Program-made: the position numbers and the translations under genes | Origin: a virus | DNA length: 64,000 nt | Reading direction: 5' to 3' (one strand) | IMG/VR virus record: IMGVR_UViG_3300020204_000005 | In this document: one piece after another, positions 47,325 to 56,505 of the stretch | Layout of the letters: each line of letters starts with the position of its first letter | Position numbering within the stretch: the stretch's first letter is position 1 | The notes under the pieces: generated by a model | The model's database searches: none | What the model saw: the letters and a program-made list of their open reading frames with translations, nothing else | What the model was told of the DNA's origin: nothing

Positions 47325-49058
47325 ATGGCAAAAGAAAAATCATTAGTAGAAGAAGCAATCATCCAAATGAAGAATTTGGAAGAGGCGGTTGCCGAAAATG
47401 CAAAAGGAATACTTGCATCAACGATGAAGCAAGAAATCAAAGATTTAGTAAAAGAATCTCTATCTGAACAAGATGAAGATGAGGTTGAAACAGATGTTGA
47501 CATTGAAGATGACGCAGACATTGATATGGATGCCGAAGATGATATGGATACAGATAACGACTTAGGTGATGAAGACATTGACGTTGATGTAGATGCGGAT
47601 TCTGAAGATGTAATTGACTTAACAGGTCAACCTAGTTCTGAAGTTCTTAAAGTGTTTCAATTACTTGGACCTGAAGACCAAATAGTGGTTACTAAAGACC
47701 CTAATGGGAACATAAACTTAAAAGATAACGAAACAAACAAAGAATATATGATAGTAGGTGAAAACATTGAAGAAGAAGATTATCTGAACGAATACTCTGA
47801 ATTAGGTGATATGAATGAAGAAGATTGGTCGACAGATGGAATGAATAATGAAGATATCGATGCTCTTGTTGAAAGAGTTTTTGGTGTTGAAGATGAATAT
47901 TCTGAAGATTCTGACTATGATGACACTTCTGACTTTGTTGGACTTGGTGGTATGGACGAAGGTGTTTACGCTGCCGTTCGCGAAGATTATGACGATGAAG
48001 CAAATATGGGTGCCTTAGATGAAGATGATTTCGATAGTATTGATATGAACAAAATGTACGGAGACGAAGGTGCTGACCAATTAGGTGAGGATAACGATGA
48101 TATCGTTTACGAAATTGAATTTGATGGAGAAGAACCTGAACTTTCTGAACGGGGCCACTCTAGATATCGTGATTTAAAATACCATTTTGGTAGACGTGGT
48201 GAAGATGAAGATGAATATGACACTACGGATGACTATAAAGATGGAGATTATGATGAACTTGAAGAATGGTCTTGGGGTGGTGCTTTAGCAGGAGGAATAT
48301 CAGGAGGATTAGGTATTGATGAAGATATGGAAGAACCTGTAATGGAAAGTAAAAAAATGTCACGTAAAATACCTGGAGTCGGAATGGGTAAACCTAAATT
48401 TTCTTATGATGGCAAACCTAACCAAAACTTACGTGTGAAAAAACAAGGTTACGGTGGTAAAGGAATTGGATTTGGAAACGCTAAAAAAGCATCTAAGTTT
48501 GACGCTGACAAAGATAATGGTCAAATGGATGGAGAATTTAGAGTTAAACCTAAAAAGTTTGAAGCAAAAGAAGCGGCACGTACATATGGTAATGGTTCTA
48601 AATCAGGAAGAGGGCTTAGAAAAGGAATCACTCCTAATAGAAACCTTACGTTTGAAAACGTTGACGCGAGAGAAATACAAATCCTTAGAGAAAAAAATGA
48701 AGAATACAGAAAAGCATTAAATATCTTCAGAAATAAATTGAATGAGGTTGCGGTGTTTAACTCAAACTTGGCTTACGCTACACGTTTGTTTACAGAACAC
48801 TCAACGTCTAAACAAGAAAAAATAAATATATTAAGAAGATTTGATTCTGTAGAAACTATTAAAGAGTCTAAGAATTTATATCACCAAGTTAAGGATGAAT
48901 TATCTGTGTCATCAAACCAATCACCAATCAACGAATCATTTGAAAGAGTAATTGAAAAAACTCCTTCTACAGGTTCAGCGGTTAACTTGATTGAGTCTAA
49001 GACATATGAAAATCCACAATTCTTAAGAATGAAAGACTTAATGTCAAAATTAAGATAA
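47325..49058 (+). CDS. Putative prohead scaffold/core protein (gp22-like)
   Basis: Very acidic, with a coiled-coil C-terminus; sits between protease and MCP; many L/I-x-E sites. Confidence 0.7.
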   Translation: MAKEKSLVEEAIIQMKNLEEAVAENAKGILASTMKQEIKDLVKESLSEQDEDEVETDVDIEDDADIDMDAEDDMDTDNDLGDEDIDVDVDADSEDVIDLTGQPSSEVLKVFQLLGPEDQIVVTKDPNGNINLKDNETNKEYMIVGENIEEEDYLNEYSELGDMNEEDWSTDGMNNEDIDALVERVFGVEDEYSEDSDYDDTSDFVGLGGMDEGVYAAVREDYDDEANMGALDEDDFDSIDMNKMYGDEGADQLGEDNDDIVYEIEFDGEEPELSERGHSRYRDLKYHFGRRGEDEDEYDTTDDYKDGDYDELEEWSWGGALAGGISGGLGIDEDMEEPVMESKKMSRKIPGVGMGKPKFSYDGKPNQNLRVKKQGYGGKGIGFGNAKKASKFDADKDNGQMDGEFRVKPKKFEAKEAARTYGNGSKSGRGLRKGITPNRNLTFENVDAREIQILREKNEEYRKALNIFRNKLNEVAVFNSNLAYATRLFTEHSTSKQEKINILRRFDSVETIKESKNLYHQVKDELSVSSNQSPINESFERVIEKTPSTGSAVNLIESKTYENPQFLRMKDLMSKLR

Positions 49059-49101
49059 TAAAAAATAAATAAACAAAAAAGCAAATAAAAAACCAAAAAA
49101 A

Positions 49102-50982
49102 ATGGGAGCATTATTAGAATCAGGTCTTGTTGGTAACATCGGTCTTAAGCACCTTAAAGTTATCAAAGAAGATACAATTAACAAATGGGATAGATTAGGA
49201 TTCCTAGAAGGTCTAAGAGGACATTTAAAAGAGAACGTAGCTCAGTTATATGAGAACCAAGCGTCTCACCTAATTAATGAGGCAACTTCTGACGGTTCTT
49301 CAGGTTCATTTGAAACTGTTGTTTTCCCAATCGTTAGACGTGTATTCTCTAAATTATTAGCTAACGACATCGTGTCTGTACAAGCTATGAACTTACCTAT
49401 CGGTAAATTATTCTACTTCGTACCTAAAATCCAAGGGTATAAAGATGGTAGTTATGATGCGGCGACTTATTCAGGTGGTTCAGGAGAACATTACGGTCCT
49501 GTTGGAGCAGTAAACGGTTTAACTGCTGACCAAGCTAAAGCTGGTCAAGGTTATACTACAGGTACTGCGTCTAATTACAATCCTACTTACAAGAAAAATC
49601 TTTACGATTTATTCTATGAAGGTAATGAAGGTCAATTAGACCCTCCAGGATTATTTGATTACTCTAAAGGTCAGTGGTCGGCGATTACTGCAACTACAGA
49701 CGTACAAGTTTGGAATGGTTCTAACTTAGTTGACGCTGATGGTCAATACAATGGCGAAAACGTAAGAAAAGTAATCGTTAAAATGTGTGGTTTTGCTAAC
49801 ACAGGTAATGGTAAATTAATCGGACCTGATGGAAATGAGTATGATACTGAATCATTCTTAGCAGACTTAAGAGTATTCGCTAACGAAAATTTCACAGATG
49901 ATGATTCACCATGTAATGTTGTTTTTGCTGACGACGCTAAAACTATACCAAATTCTTTATTGTTCCGTGTAGTTACACAACAATATGGACAAGGAATTGT
50001 TTCTAATTTATCAACAAGAGCACAAGCATCTTGGCCTACAGAAGGAAATGGTGGATACTTTAATGATATTTGTACTCCTGATGGATGTATCTTTTTAGAA
50101 GTTGACCTTTCTTGTCCTGTATGTGCTAACTGTAACGCAACATCTTTAGATGGTTACACAGGTACTACAATCGATACATTAGGTCTTAATGACTTCACTG
50201 CAGTATTTAGACGTTACAAAGAACTTGAATTCGAAGACAAAATCGGTGAGGTTTCTTTCGACCTTGAGTCTGTAACAGTTTCTGTAACTGAAAGAAAATT
50301 AAGAGCACAATGGTCACCTGAATTGGCTCAAGACGTAGCGGCATTCCACAACATCGATGCTGAAGCTGAATTAACGGCTTTATTATCTGAACAAGTTGCG
50401 GCAGAAATCGACCGTGAAATCTTAAGAGACCTTAGAAAAGGTGCGGCTTGGAACTTACGTTGGGATTACAACGGATGGAGAAGAATCAACGCTACTACTG
50501 CGTATACACAAAAAGACTGGAACCAAACATTGATTACTGCAATCAACCAATTGTCAGCACAAATCCACAAATCTACTTTAAGAGGTGGAGCTAACTGGAT
50601 TGTTGTATCTTCTGAGGTTTCTGCGATTTTTGATGATTTAGAATACTTCCACGTATCTAACGCGTCTCCTGAGCAAGACCAATACAACATGGGTATTGAA
50701 AGAGTTGGTACATTATCAGGTCGTTACCAAGTTTACCGTGACCCTTACTTCCCACCAAACCAAATCTTAATTGGTCACAAGGGAACGTCATTGTTAGACA
50801 CAGGTTACATCTACGCACCGTATGTACCTCTACAATTAACACCTACAATGTATAACCCATTCAACTTTACACCTATCAAAGGTATTATGACAAGATACGC
50901 TAAGAAAATGGTTAACAACCGTTTCTATGGTAGAGTAACTGTTGATGGTATCCGTACATTCGACTTAAGAGAATTGAGATAA
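49102..50982 (+). CDS. Major capsid protein (T4 gp23-like) with large insertion
   Basis: IVSVQAMNLPIGKLFY, RKLRAQWSPELAQD, EIDREI, YAPYVPL, GIMTRY; LINE|A maturation-like site at aa 60. Confidence 0.95.
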   Translation: MGALLESGLVGNIGLKHLKVIKEDTINKWDRLGFLEGLRGHLKENVAQLYENQASHLINEATSDGSSGSFETVVFPIVRRVFSKLLANDIVSVQAMNLPIGKLFYFVPKIQGYKDGSYDAATYSGGSGEHYGPVGAVNGLTADQAKAGQGYTTGTASNYNPTYKKNLYDLFYEGNEGQLDPPGLFDYSKGQWSAITATTDVQVWNGSNLVDADGQYNGENVRKVIVKMCGFANTGNGKLIGPDGNEYDTESFLADLRVFANENFTDDDSPCNVVFADDAKTIPNSLLFRVVTQQYGQGIVSNLSTRAQASWPTEGNGGYFNDICTPDGCIFLEVDLSCPVCANCNATSLDGYTGTTIDTLGLNDFTAVFRRYKELEFEDKIGEVSFDLESVTVSVTERKLRAQWSPELAQDVAAFHNIDAEAELTALLSEQVAAEIDREILRDLRKGAAWNLRWDYNGWRRINATTAYTQKDWNQTLITAINQLSAQIHKSTLRGGANWIVVSSEVSAIFDDLEYFHVSNASPEQDQYNMGIERVGTLSGRYQVYRDPYFPPNQILIGHKGTSLLDTGYIYAPYVPLQLTPTMYNPFNFTPIKGIMTRYAKKMVNNRFYGRVTVDGIRTFDLRELR

Positions 50983-51001
50983 TCAAAATCTTAAAAATAA
51001 G

Positions 51002-51032
51002 AAAAAGGTCAGATAAATCTGACCTTTTTTTT
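51002..51032 (+). terminator. Terminator after MCP
   Basis: AAAAAGGTCAGA-taaa-TCTGACCTTTTTTTT. Confidence 0.85.
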
Positions 51033-51160
51033 TGTTTGATAATTTAAATTGATACTTTGCTCATTTAACTAAAAATTAATAAAACTTATTAAGTGTTTAT
51101 ACTTATTATTAATTTAATTTAGAATATTTATAAATTACAATAATCTTAAAAAAAATAACT

Positions 51161-51443
51161 ATGAAGTTTATATTAATGATATTAGTTTTTTTAATGTCAT
51201 TTGTAACTGTAGGACAAGTATCAGGTAGGTATTCTTTCTCATCATCAAGTGGAACATATACACCAATAACAGGTGGTGTTAATTATGATAATTTTACCAA
51301 TTGGAATAATACCGCGTATTCAGGAACATTACCTAATAGTACCGCAGGTTTTTTAGATGATAATGTATCATCCGCTTTATTACCTATAGGGTTTAATTTT
51401 TGAGGTGTATGAAGACGGGACAATGAAAAAAATAATTAGGTAA
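51161..51443 (+). pseudogene. Internally deleted remnant of a secreted (T9SS-type) protein gene
   Basis: Signal peptide plus domain start ends at a TGA (51401-51403). The overlapping frame 51396-51443 reads IFEVYEDGTMKKIIR*, followed by a terminator. Confidence 0.6.
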
Positions 51444-51531
51444 AGTGGGGAAACCCACTTTTCTTTTTAGATAATGAATTCTAAATGTTTTTTTTTAACT
51501 AATAAGATATTTATTTATAAACAATGTAATT

Positions 51532-52551
51532 ATGAAAAAATTGTATTTTCTAAATGAAGAAGAAAAAGAAAGAATTTTAAAACTTCATAAGAGTGCCACA
51601 AGAAAACAATACATAACCGAAGACATGGATAATAGAATGTGTGAGGGATGTGGTAAATCAGATATGTATGAATATTCTGAATTAGATGAAGCTGATGCGG
51701 GAGCGGTAGCGACAGGACTTGCTTTAGGTGGTGTTGTGGGAGCCGCTTTGGCTTATGTTAATTCATCTGCAGGGTCTTATAATGGTGTTAAAAAAATATT
51801 TGACGCTTGTAATGCTTCAGGTATGGGTAAATCAACAATGAACGGAGGAACTCTCGATAGTATCTCAAAACAAGTGAGAACCGCAATTGATGGATGGGGT
51901 ACCGATGAAGATGCTATTAAATCGGCATTAGGACAAATCGCAACAATTCCTGATTTATGTGCGGTTAATAAAAGATATGCTGAAAATTACCCTGGTAGTA
52001 CATTATTAGGTGATTTAGATGGTGATATCGATAGTGATAGTGAATGGAATAAATATGTATACCAACCATTATTAGCAGCTAAAAGAAAATCAGAAGAACT
52101 TGGAGCAGGAAAATCTTCAGGAGGAGGTATGTTCGGAGCAATTTCAAGAAGTGCTAAAGCCGCGATGATTGCGTCTATGGTTAAATGGCAACCTTCGTGG
52201 GCTAAATATAAATGTATCCTTAACAATAAGGACGCTAAACCAGGTAAAATGTCTAATGGTAGTTATGCAATCACAATCGGTGGTTCTGTTTATTATGACA
52301 ACGGAAGATATAAAGCTCCTGATGGTACTATGAAATCGTATACATGTCCTGGCTCAACAGTAACCCCAACAACCTCAAGTAAAACTTCTACATCAAGTAA
52401 AACCTCAACAACAGGTAAAACCGCAACTAAAACACCAAGTCCTGTGGCTCAATCCAATGTAAAACAAGTCCAAAAACTTGTTGGAGTTGCGGAAACAGGT
52501 GTGTTTGATGATGTGACTGCTAAGGCAGTTAGAACTAAATTAGGAATTTAA
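51532..52551 (+). CDS. Leader-family virion protein with annexin-like repeat and C-terminal PG-binding-like helix pair
   Basis: MKKLYFLNEEEKERILKLH; RTAIDGWGTDEDAIKSAL...LLGDLDGD; VKQVQKLVGVAETGVFDDVT. Confidence 0.7.
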   Translation: MKKLYFLNEEEKERILKLHKSATRKQYITEDMDNRMCEGCGKSDMYEYSELDEADAGAVATGLALGGVVGAALAYVNSSAGSYNGVKKIFDACNASGMGKSTMNGGTLDSISKQVRTAIDGWGTDEDAIKSALGQIATIPDLCAVNKRYAENYPGSTLLGDLDGDIDSDSEWNKYVYQPLLAAKRKSEELGAGKSSGGGMFGAISRSAKAAMIASMVKWQPSWAKYKCILNNKDAKPGKMSNGSYAITIGGSVYYDNGRYKAPDGTMKSYTCPGSTVTPTTSSKTSTSSKTSTTGKTATKTPSPVAQSNVKQVQKLVGVAETGVFDDVTAKAVRTKLGI

Positions 52552-52572
52552 TAAATTAAGAAAAATATAATC

Positions 52573-53028
52573 ATGAAAAGATTAATTATAACTGAAGAAG
52601 AAAAAAGAAGTATTCTTTTAAAACACGGTAGTAAATCATTTTTAAATGAGGCTGCTAAAGACGATATTATGGCAATACAAAAATCTTTAGGTTTAACTGC
52701 GGATGGTGTGGCAGGACCTAAAACAATCTCATCTATTATCGCAAAATTAGGTGGAGGTTCATCAGCGGCGGCGACCAATAAAACCGCAACACCTACGACA
52801 CCTGCAACACCAACAACCCCTACTACACCTACTACACCAACAACCCCTACTACACCTACTACACCAACAACCCCTACTACACCTACTACACCTGCCGCGG
52901 CTACCACTACAACATTCTCAGCGGCACCTGTTGCGGGGGCAACAACTTTAGAACAAGCTTGTGGTACAAGAAAAACTAATAAAGACTATAGACTTTGTAA
53001 AAAAGTATTTAACAAAACTACCAAATAA
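52573..53028 (+). CDS. Leader-family protein with PG-binding-like domain and (TTP)n linker
   Basis: MKRLIITEEEKRSIL; IQKSLGLTADGVAGPKT. Confidence 0.75.
   Translation: MKRLIITEEEKRSILLKHGSKSFLNEAAKDDIMAIQKSLGLTADGVAGPKTISSIIAKLGGGSSAAATNKTATPTTPATPTTPTTPTTPTTPTTPTTPTTPTTPTTPAAATTTTFSAAPVAGATTLEQACGTRKTNKDYRLCKKVFNKTTK
52807..52887 (+). repeat. 27-nt coding tandem repeat x3 (Thr/Pro-rich)
   Basis: ACACCAACAACCCCTACTACACCTACT repeated three times. Confidence 0.9.
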
Positions 53029-53030
53029 TT

Positions 53031-53534
53031 ATGAAAAATACTAATATACTTAAAGAAATAAATGAAATGAAATATCTCTTTGACTATAGGAGAGGTAAAG
53101 TTATTTCTGAACAAGAAAGTTCTGATGTGACAGATTTTGTGGTTGGTGGTAAACAAGAAGTTAGTGTTGGACCTAAAACTGTTGCTCCGACCGTATCAAG
53201 CACTCCTTCAACAACTACTAAAACAACTAGAAAAGCCACAGGTTTAGAAGTTCAAAAATTACTCAATACAAAATTTAGTGCTGGTTTAAAAGAGGATGGT
53301 AGAGTTGGTCCTTTAACTCTTGGTGCAATTATGAACGCTCTCGAGGGTTCATCAGGTTCATCTGCAGGAACCTCAACAGGAGTATCCACAACACCTACTA
53401 CTACAGTAGCGGGTGGTTCAGTAACTTCAACAACTACGGTTGCTGGCTCAACAACACAAACTTCAACCGACGCAGCATCAGGAGGTGGTGGTATAGACCC
53501 TAATGTGGTGGGACAAGAATTTAATTTTGGTTAA
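53031..53534 (+). CDS. Leader-family protein with PG-binding-like domain and S/T-rich linkers
   Basis: ILKEINEMKYLFDY...VISE; VQKLLNTKFSAGLKEDGRVGPLT. Confidence 0.75.
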   Translation: MKNTNILKEINEMKYLFDYRRGKVISEQESSDVTDFVVGGKQEVSVGPKTVAPTVSSTPSTTTKTTRKATGLEVQKLLNTKFSAGLKEDGRVGPLTLGAIMNALEGSSGSSAGTSTGVSTTPTTTVAGGSVTSTTTVAGSTTQTSTDAASGGGGIDPNVVGQEFNFG

Positions 53535-53585
53535 AAAATAAAATATAGTATAATAAAAAGACCGACTACAAATCGGTCTTTTTTA

Positions 53586-53822
53586 TTATATGTCATCTTC
53601 AGTTCCCTTCCCAACTTGTTCCCTACTTAATACTCTAATACATTTAGAAATAACTTCAGACTCACCAAGAGTAAAGGCACTCATATTATGACAATATTTA
53701 ATCGCTTCAACCAAAAGATAAATTGCTCTGTCCTTATCCATAGTATCGAGTAATACCTCTAAATGATTTTCATCTTGTAGTTGTATATTATTAAATAATT
53801 TTCCGTATAATTTTTCTTCCAT
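53586..53822 (-). CDS. Hypothetical protein
   Basis: ORF track. Confidence 0.7.
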   Translation of the reverse strand: MEEKLYGKLFNNIQLQDENHLEVLLDTMDKDRAIYLLVEAIKYCHNMSAFTLGESEVISKCIRVLSREQVGKGTEDDI

Positions 53823-53826
53823 AATT

Positions 53827-54240
53827 TTAATTTAATGAACCGTTAACCTTTTCCAAAATTGTATGTAAGGAATAGTTTATTTGAGACTTAATTTGATTTT
53901 CTAAATCAATTCTTATTTTTTCTGTTTTATTATCATACATATTTGTTAATCTATCCCAATCCCTCTGTACTAATCTAACATCATAATGATATACATGATT
54001 AGTCATACTTACTCGTCTATCATCTAAAATAACAAATAAATCAAGAGTTGTATTTCTGATATAACGTTTACCTGATAGAGGAGCGATTAAAAACTTAGAA
54101 TCGTCATGTCTAATTAAACCTCTACAAATACTAACACAAGTCCTTTCATTTTCCGACAATTCATCATCCTCAGACTTCATGAATTTATATTTTAATAATA
54201 ATGACCACTTAACGTACAACCTTTTAAAAATTCTCCTCAT
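53827..54240 (-). CDS. Hypothetical protein
   Basis: ORF track; start adjusted. Confidence 0.65.
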   Translation of the reverse strand: MRRIFKRLYVKWSLLLKYKFMKSEDDELSENERTCVSICRGLIRHDDSKFLIAPLSGKRYIRNTTLDLFVILDDRRVSMTNHVYHYDVRLVQRDWDRLTNMYDNKTEKIRIDLENQIKSQINYSLHTILEKVNGSLN

Positions 54241-54334
54241 AATTTTATTTTTTATATTCAATTAAGTATAGGATAAAATATTGATAAAAACAGGTCTTGT
54301 TAAAAGTTTTTACATTATTAAAATATTTATAGAT

Positions 54335-54958
54335 ATGGATGAATGGATTGACGTTAATAAATTACCAATAAATGAAGCAACGATGACTTCATTAACTGCA
54401 GGTGTTTATAACGGTCCACAAGAATTAGGTATAAAAAAATGGAAAAAATCCGAAATGGGTCCATTTTACGTAAGTTTAAAAAATGAACTTAATAAACTTA
54501 GTAAACAAAAAACTCTAAAGAATAATAAAGCTCGTGTAGTAGGAATGTGGGAAAAAGGTACTGATGGTACTTACGATGTTCCGACACATGATGTACACAC
54601 TATTAATGAAGATTTAGCGGTTTGGTTTGGTACTAAAAAGAAACCAAAAGGTTCTTCACAACCAAAAGGTCCTTGGGTTAACATATGTCGTAAAGATAAG
54701 GACGGTAAACATCCTCCATGTGGAAGGCCTAATACTGATAAAGGTGCGTACCCTAAGTGTAGAGCGGCGGGTGTTGCGGGTAAAATGTCTGATTCACAAA
54801 AGAAAGCGGCGTGTCAACAAAAAAGAGCGGCTGAGAAAAAAGATACACAAAGTGGTAAAGGTCAAAAACCTGTGATGACATCATACAAACCAAAAAAGAA
54901 AAAGACTCTTGAGGAGTCTTTATCTAAAATTATTAATAGAGTTTTAAATAGTCTTTAA
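54335..54958 (+). CDS. Basic late protein with Cys-containing domain
   Basis: INEDLAVWF...WVNIC...HPPCGR...YPKC; ATATTTAT at 54323-54330. Confidence 0.7.
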   Translation: MDEWIDVNKLPINEATMTSLTAGVYNGPQELGIKKWKKSEMGPFYVSLKNELNKLSKQKTLKNNKARVVGMWEKGTDGTYDVPTHDVHTINEDLAVWFGTKKKPKGSSQPKGPWVNICRKDKDGKHPPCGRPNTDKGAYPKCRAAGVAGKMSDSQKKAACQQKRAAEKKDTQSGKGQKPVMTSYKPKKKKTLEESLSKIINRVLNSL

Positions 54959-55426
54959 CAAGTTAATAAAATTAGTCCACGTATTTAAATCGTTCTCATT
55001 TCTACCTATATTGGCGGAATAACAACATAATACAACATTTTCTTTAGTGTAACCTTTATTTCTATCTAACCTATCTAAAGAAGGTTGTTGGGGATGTTTC
55101 TTATAGTTTGATGGTATTAAAGGGACTTTAAACCAATAACACAAACCGTTTTGTTTTTCAAACATCTCATTAATATCACTAACCGTTAAAGTATTTTCTA
55201 AGTTACGATGTTTTGAATCATTTATTAAGGTATTTTGCCAAAGTCTTACTCTTCTTTCTTTTTGTTTAATACTCTCCTTGATTCTATGTTTAGGTTCTAA
55301 TCTTTTTTTTCGTTTATATTCTCTTGTATCAATTAAAATACATTCTTTACATTTACTACCTCTTTGTGTTTTATAAAAATCATTTTCTGACTTTATTTTA
55401 CCACATTTACTACATTGTTTATCCAT
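54944..55426 (-). CDS. HNH/His-Me-like endonuclease with N-terminal zinc ribbon (putative homing endonuclease)
   Basis: CSKC...CKEC; GLCYW...PSLDRLDRNKGYTKENVVLCCYSAN. Confidence 0.75.
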   Translation of the reverse strand: MDKQCSKCGKIKSENDFYKTQRGSKCKECILIDTREYKRKKRLEPKHRIKESIKQKERRVRLWQNTLINDSKHRNLENTLTVSDINEMFEKQNGLCYWFKVPLIPSNYKKHPQQPSLDRLDRNKGYTKENVVLCCYSANIGRNENDLNTWTNFINLLKTI

Positions 55427-55491
55427 ACTAATAAATGTATGGGTAAACATTAAAATACAAAAAAAAAGAGACGTTTAGTCTCTTTTATTTT

Positions 55492-55956
55492 TTAACAATA
55501 AGGTGGTGAACATCTCTTTTTACCATCGAGACCTTTTATCTTTCCTTTACAAACTTGTACTCCATGTCCATTACTATATGCACTGGGAAATACGTCGTAC
55601 CTCGCCTTGGCGGCCGCTTTACCACGAGCACATAATTTAGTACCCGTTTTCTTTCTACCTTCCATCATAACCATATCTTTATCATCTATATTCATAGATA
55701 ATTCCATACCATCTTTTTTTGACTGATTCATTATAAAATCAAAAACTTGGTCTAAAGTATTTTTAGATTCTGCAATATGGTCTTGTGCCCAATCGTGACC
55801 ATTCTCTAAAATAGATTCTACCATGTTACGGTCTAAATCTAATAGTAAATCACATTGTCTTCTCATTTGTTCTAAATTAGAAAAGAACATATATCTACTA
55901 CTTTCGTACGCCTCTTCCCTTAAAACTTTTTTTATAAGTGTATTTAAATTTTTCAT
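55492..55956 (-). CDS. Leader-family protein with basic Cys-containing C-terminal domain
   Basis: MKNLNTLIKKVLREE; KLCARGKAAAKARYDVFPSAYSNGHGVQVCKG. Confidence 0.7.
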   Translation of the reverse strand: MKNLNTLIKKVLREEAYESSRYMFFSNLEQMRRQCDLLLDLDRNMVESILENGHDWAQDHIAESKNTLDQVFDFIMNQSKKDGMELSMNIDDKDMVMMEGRKKTGTKLCARGKAAAKARYDVFPSAYSNGHGVQVCKGKIKGLDGKKRCSPPYC

Positions 55957-56264
55957 ATATTAAGATATTTCACATATGCTTTATCTGCATATTTTATGAA
56001 CTTTTCACCATATATTTTGGCTAATCTATCCATAATTAATTGGGGATTTTTTCTCATGTATCTTAAAATGTCAGCAGGGATTTGCTCATCATATTTACCA
56101 AATAAAGATTCAATCTCCTTTTCTCTTGGTTGCATTCTAACATTAGGTTCGACACTAAATTTAGAATTACCAATCTCGTCATCAAATTCTTCGTCAGATT
56201 CATTAATAACTCTTTTAATGATTCGATTTAAATCTGATTCCGTTAATCTTACTGTCTTTTTCAT
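55953..56264 (-). CDS. RLTESDL-leader family protein
   Basis: MKKTVRLTESDLNRIIKRVINE. Confidence 0.75.
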   Translation of the reverse strand: MKKTVRLTESDLNRIIKRVINESDEEFDDEIGNSKFSVEPNVRMQPREKEIESLFGKYDEQIPADILRYMRKNPQLIMDRLAKIYGEKFIKYADKAYVKYLNI

Positions 56265-56270
56265 TGTTTA

Positions 56271-56504
56271 TTAATTTGAACCTGAATGGTGTCTACGACC
56301 TTCCATCTTTTCATAATAACCCTCTTTAGAACCTTTCCAATCCCAAGGTAAGTCATTTTTAATATTATAATCTAATTGTTTGTCATCAACACCTTTAAGT
56401 TTTCTCATCAATTTTTTTATTAATGTTTCTTTTTCTTCTTCTTTGATGATTCTCTTAACAATATTATGTAAATCGTTTTCAGTTAATCTTATTATCTTTT
56501 TCAT
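56271..56504 (-). CDS. RLTESDL-leader family protein
   Basis: MKKIIRLTENDLHNIVKRIIKEE. Confidence 0.75.
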   Translation of the reverse strand: MKKIIRLTENDLHNIVKRIIKEEEKETLIKKLMRKLKGVDDKQLDYNIKNDLPWDWKGSKEGYYEKMEGRRHHSGSN

Positions 56505-56505
56505 A

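Noticed and set aside
52807-52887. Possible CRISPR array
   Set aside because: The 27-nt units are contiguous with no spacers and encode an in-frame Thr/Pro linker; no cas genes are present.
53408-53414. AGCGGGT as a displaced 5' half of the truncated tRNA-Met (split tRNA)
   Set aside because: It lies in frame within a coding region (TVAGG), lacks a D-arm context and is only 7 nt.
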